Source: Synechococcus elongatus PCC 6301 (lineage in GTDB: Bacteria; Cyanobacteriota; Cyanobacteriia; Synechococcales; Synechococcaceae). Taken from it: 32,000 nt of DNA. Shown here piece by piece: positions 28,613 to 32,000 of the stretch. Each line of letters begins with the position of its first letter. The stretch's first letter is position 1. Position numbers and translations under genes: made by a program. The notes beneath the pieces are model-generated. The model worked only from the letters and a program-made list of their open reading frames with translations. It was not told the DNA's origin and did no database searches. Location: assembly GCF_000010065.1 (NCBI RefSeq), contig NC_006576.1:1890001-1922000 (forward strand). The letters run 5' to 3'.

Positions 28613-29836
28613 ATGATCCAGCCATTTCTGAAGCGATCGCTCCTTTGGCTCACGCTGTTGTTCTGGTTTGCGACAGCGACGCCGGCGTTGGCCCTGACGG
28701 AAGAGCAGAAACTGTTCAATGAGGCCTGGCGCATTGTCAACCAGTCCTACGTCGATCCCAGCTTTAACCACAGCAACTGGTTCCAGTTGCGCGAGAAGAT
28801 TCTGAAAAAGCCGCTGGACAATCGGGATCAGACCTACACCGCGATCGAAGGTTTGCTAGCCAAACTAGATGACCCATTTACGCGGTTGCTACGGCCAGAT
28901 CAATATCGCAACCTCCAAGTCTCGACGGCCGGTGAGCTATCGGGCGTCGGTTTGCAGATTGGCTTTGAGGCCGAAAGTGGCGATGTGGTGGTGATTGCCC
29001 CGATCGAAGGTTCGCCGGCAGCCCTGGCGGGTCTGCTGTCGGGCGATCGCATCCTGACGGTGGATGGGGTGGCGATTTCCGGTCGAGATCTGGATGAAGC
29101 GGCGGCTCGGATGCGCGGACCTCGCGGGACGACGGTGGCGCTCCAAGTCCTGCGCGATCAACAAACCTTGGATTTTGAACTAGTTCGCGATCGCATCAGT
29201 CTCAACCCCGTGCGATCGCAGCTGGATCGCGATGGCGATCATCCACCGATTGGCTACATTCGCCTCAGCCAATTTAATGCCAATGCCTCGGTAGAAGTGG
29301 CTCATGCGATCGCCCAACTCGATCAGCAGGGAGCCGAAGCCTTCGTCCTTGATTTGCGCAATAACTCAGGCGGACTGCTGACCGCTGGCATCGAGATTGC
29401 GCGGGAATGGCTGAACGAAGGCGCGATCGTCTACACCGTCAATCGTCAGGGGGTGCTGGATAGCTTTGCGGCAAATGGCCAAGCGCTGACGGATAAACCC
29501 TTGGCACTCCTCGTCAATCGCGGCACTGCTAGCGCCAGCGAAATTCTAGCCGGCGCACTACAAGACAATGAACGCGCCATTTTGGTGGGCGATCGCACCT
29601 TTGGCAAAGGTTTGATTCAGTCGCTGTTCGAACTGTCGGATGGGGCGGGTTTGGCGGTCACTGTCGCCGAATACGAAACGCCCAACCACAACGACATCAA
29701 TAAGCAGGGCATTCAGCCCGATCTCGCAGTTGAACAGTCTGAACCGCTGTTTGCGGAGGCGATTGCTTCCGCTGCCGTTCGCCAATATCAGGCAGCGGTA
29801 ACGGCGCTGACAGAGCAAGTGAGGCATCGTGCCTAG
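28613..29836 (+). CDS. ctpA: Carboxyl-terminal processing protease (S41 family)
   Basis: Signal peptide MIQPFLKRSLLWLTLLFWFATATPALA, PDZ region LSGVGLQIGFE, S41 core ALLVNRGTASASEILAGALQDNERAILVGDRTFGKGLIQ. Confidence 0.94.
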   Translation: MIQPFLKRSLLWLTLLFWFATATPALALTEEQKLFNEAWRIVNQSYVDPSFNHSNWFQLREKILKKPLDNRDQTYTAIEGLLAKLDDPFTRLLRPDQYRNLQVSTAGELSGVGLQIGFEAESGDVVVIAPIEGSPAALAGLLSGDRILTVDGVAISGRDLDEAAARMRGPRGTTVALQVLRDQQTLDFELVRDRISLNPVRSQLDRDGDHPPIGYIRLSQFNANASVEVAHAIAQLDQQGAEAFVLDLRNNSGGLLTAGIEIAREWLNEGAIVYTVNRQGVLDSFAANGQALTDKPLALLVNRGTASASEILAGALQDNERAILVGDRTFGKGLIQSLFELSDGAGLAVTVAEYETPNHNDINKQGIQPDLAVEQSEPLFAEAIASAAVRQYQAAVTALTEQVRHRA

Positions 29837-31103
29837 TCGCCGCCAGCGCATCTACCACGATCCACTCCACGGGGCGATCGCCCTGCAATTTGAAGACCCG
29901 CTGGAAGCAACGCTGATCCGCTTGATCGATACGCCACCCTTTCAGCGGCTACGGCGGACCTGCCAGCTTGGTCCCGCCAGTTTGACCTTTCATGGAGCTG
30001 AAGCCTCTCGCTTCACCCATTCCCTCGGGGTGATGCAGGTTGCTCGCCGTGCCTTTGCCCCGATCGCAGCTGATTGGCCCGAATTGGCAGTGCATCGACC
30101 GGCGTTGCTCTGTGCGGCACTGCTACATGACTTAGGCCATACGGCCTTTAGCCACACCGGCGAGGAGATTTTCCACTGCCAACATGAGCAGTGGACAGCC
30201 CGGCTAATCACTGAGGACTCTCCGATTCGGCGGGTGCTAGCCGATTACGATCCGGCGCTGCCGGAGCAAGTTCTTGCGGTCTATCGCAAGCAATATCAGC
30301 CCTTGCTGATCAGCCGCCTGATCACCAGCCAGCTCGATTGCGATCGCTTGGACTATCTGCTGCGCGATAGCTATTTCACGGGGGCAAGTTACGGGCGTCT
30401 GGATCTCGATCGCATTTTGTCAGCACTGCGCTTCGACTCTGAGAGCGGCGAGTTAGCTGTGGCGGAGAAGGGATTGGCGGCGATCGAGCACTACTTGGTG
30501 GTGCGATCGTTCATGTATAGCCAGGTCTACAACCATCCCAAAAACATTGTGGCTGGCTGGATGTTAGTGCGAATTTTTGAGCGGGCCCGTCAGCTCTGGC
30601 AGGAACAACCGCGATCGCTGTTTGTGGATCCGCTGCTCCAGCCTTGGTTTGAGCAACCCGTCACGGATCTGAGCTTGGAGGAATACCTAGCGGTCGACGA
30701 CATTGTCTGCCTCTACCATCTGCAGCGTTGGCAGGACAGTGCTGATCCCCTCTTGGCCGATCTCTGCCGCCGCTACCGCGATCGCGATCTGCTTAAAGCC
30801 CTCAATCTCCGTAACCTCCCTGCTGAGCAGCAGCAGACCTTACTAGAGCACAGTCAACAATTGATTCGTAACCAAGGACAGGATCCGACTGGCTATACCG
30901 GCCTTTGCCAGACCCAAAGTCGTGGCTACACCCTCTACCAAAGTGGGATTCGCCTCGCCACCGATCAAGGATTATTGGAAATTAGTCAGCGATCGCCCCT
31001 GATTCGTGCCCTGTTGGAGCCACCTAGCCAAGCTTGGTTGATCTATCCGCGAGTGATCGAACAGCCCCTCAAGCAGCAATGGCAGCTCGTCCGAGGCAGC
31101 TAA
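29829..31103 (+). CDS. HD-domain metal-dependent phosphohydrolase (dNTPase/SAMHD1-like fold family)
   Basis: IYHDPLHGAIAL, TPPFQRLRRTCQLGPASLTFHGAEASRFTHSLGVMQVARRAF, LLCAALLHDLGHTAFSHTGEEIF, DCDRLDYLLRDSYFTGASYG. GTG start overlaps the ctpA stop by 8 nt. Confidence 0.92.
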   Translation: MPSRRQRIYHDPLHGAIALQFEDPLEATLIRLIDTPPFQRLRRTCQLGPASLTFHGAEASRFTHSLGVMQVARRAFAPIAADWPELAVHRPALLCAALLHDLGHTAFSHTGEEIFHCQHEQWTARLITEDSPIRRVLADYDPALPEQVLAVYRKQYQPLLISRLITSQLDCDRLDYLLRDSYFTGASYGRLDLDRILSALRFDSESGELAVAEKGLAAIEHYLVVRSFMYSQVYNHPKNIVAGWMLVRIFERARQLWQEQPRSLFVDPLLQPWFEQPVTDLSLEEYLAVDDIVCLYHLQRWQDSADPLLADLCRRYRDRDLLKALNLRNLPAEQQQTLLEHSQQLIRNQGQDPTGYTGLCQTQSRGYTLYQSGIRLATDQGLLEISQRSPLIRALLEPPSQAWLIYPRVIEQPLKQQWQLVRGS

Positions 31104-32000
31104 GCCCTTTGGAGTTGGATCCAGTCAGGATGTGCGTGAAGCGTTTGATAATCCGGATCCTCAGCAGCTAGAGAACGATAGGTGTCTGGATCTAGCGCGA
31201 TCGCCTGTTGGAGATCCGCGATCGCTGCGACCGGTTGATCGAGTCGGGCGTGGAGGGCGGCGCGATTGTACCAAGCCTCGGCCAAGTCTGGATTGCCTGC
31301 GATCGCCTGATCAAAAGCAGCCAATGCTGCGGTCCAGTCCTGGAGGTAAGCCCAAACGAGTCCTTGGTAGTAGGCCACCTCTGCGGCAGCTTCGCCTGTT
31401 AATTGCGGCAGAATTGCGGCGTAGCTGGCCAGCGCCTCTTCGTAGCGTTCGAGCTGCGCCAGCGTATGACCCCGTTGGATTGACAGCAGGAGGGGGCGAT
31501 CGCCCAGAAGTTCTGCGTTTTCGTAGGAGGTCAGTGCAGCTGCATACTGCCCGAGGTTGTAGAGGGCATGACCGCGCCAAGTCCAAGCCGTCGCCTGCTG
31601 CGGTTGGAGGGCGATCGCTTGATCCAAACAGCGCAAGGCCTGATCGGGTTGATCGACACTCAGGTAAATCTGCCCTAGCTGCCGCCAAGCACTGCTCTGA
31701 TCAGGGTCGATCGCCACAGACTGTTCGTAGTGACGTACTGCCTCCCGGTAGCGCCCCTGTTGCCACAGAGCAAAGCCACAGTTGGCCCACGCTTGGGCAT
31801 AGTGGGCGGCAAGGGCGATCGCTTGCTGATAACTGGCGATCGCATCCTCTAGTCGGCCCAGCTTACGCAGGACAATGCCACGGTTGTTCCAGACTTCGGG
31901 TTGCTGGCGATCGATGGCGAGGGCTTGTTCGTAGGACTCGACTGCTTCCGGTAGCCGCCCCAAATGCTCTAGGACGATCGCCCGATTATTGAGGGCTTCC
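31100..32000 (-). CDS. TPR-repeat protein (N-terminus beyond right edge)
   Basis: Repeated ~34-aa units (YEQALAIDRQQPEVWNNRGIVLRKLGRLEDAIASYQQAI...). The frame remains open from 31963 to the edge, adding ...EALNNRAIVLEHLGR, so the track's start at 31963 is not the true start. Confidence 0.9.
   Translation of the reverse strand, partial: EALNNRAIVLEHLGRLPEAVESYEQALAIDRQQPEVWNNRGIVLRKLGRLEDAIASYQQAIALAAHYAQAWANCGFALWQQGRYREAVRHYEQSVAIDPDQSSAWRQLGQIYLSVDQPDQALRCLDQAIALQPQQATAWTWRGHALYNLGQYAAALTSYENAELLGDRPLLLSIQRGHTLAQLERYEEALASYAAILPQLTGEAAAEVAYYQGLVWAYLQDWTAALAAFDQAIAGNPDLAEAWYNRAALHARLDQPVAAIADLQQAIALDPDTYRSLAAEDPDYQTLHAHPDWIQLQRA

Noticed and set aside
31132-31992. 286-aa plus-strand ORF antisense to the TPR gene
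   Set aside because: Its repetitive Arg/Ser/Pro-rich character is a shadow of the TPR repeats on the minus strand.
1-32000. CRISPR arrays, transposons, prophage, toxin-antitoxin or restriction systems
   Set aside because: No regularly spaced direct repeats, transposase/integrase/phage motifs or restriction/toxin-like ORFs were recognised on either strand. Repetition is dominated by HIP1 octamers.
1-32000. tRNA, rRNA, tmRNA, SRP RNA and RNase P RNA genes
   Set aside because: No recognisable conserved elements (for example T-loop GGTTCGAATCC-like, GAGGAAAGTCCGGG-like or GGAAGGAAGCAG-like sequences) were seen in the intergenic regions by eye; a tRNAscan/Infernal run would be decisive.

Overview
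This 32 kb window looks like core chromosome of a freshwater cyanobacterium, most likely Synechococcus elongatus (PCC 7942/6301 type). That assignment rests on recalled protein families and the density of HIP1 (GCGATCGC) octamers, not on a search. I found no CRISPR array, prophage, transposon, tRNA/rRNA or defence island, and no multi-gene system that I can call new. Recognisable genes include a CPA2 antiporter, a nitrilase-family hydrolase, a GHL10-like protein, a Crp/Fnr regulator, FKBP, lipB, lrtA/hpf, larC, a Sua5/YrdC protein, pilT-like, queA, a bicupin, a HAD hydrolase, PSRP-3/Ycf65, psaI, psaL, an EcfT/CbiQ protein, der, a PfkB/RfaE-like kinase, fbp-zwf-opcA, petB-petD, ctpA, an HD hydrolase and a TPR protein. 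Items most worth a second look: (1) psaL is split by an apparent 1-nt deletion near 16178-16181; (2) an unannotated ~185-nt rod-shaped RNA with its own promoter at ~13769-13955, which matches the architecture expected of 6S RNA; (3) tandem hairpins just upstream of PSRP-3; (4) convergent gene pairs whose stop codons sit inside the opposing gene's terminator stem or overlap by 4 nt; (5) coding regions missed by the supplied ORF track (psaI, and an edge-truncated AMIN-domain protein).
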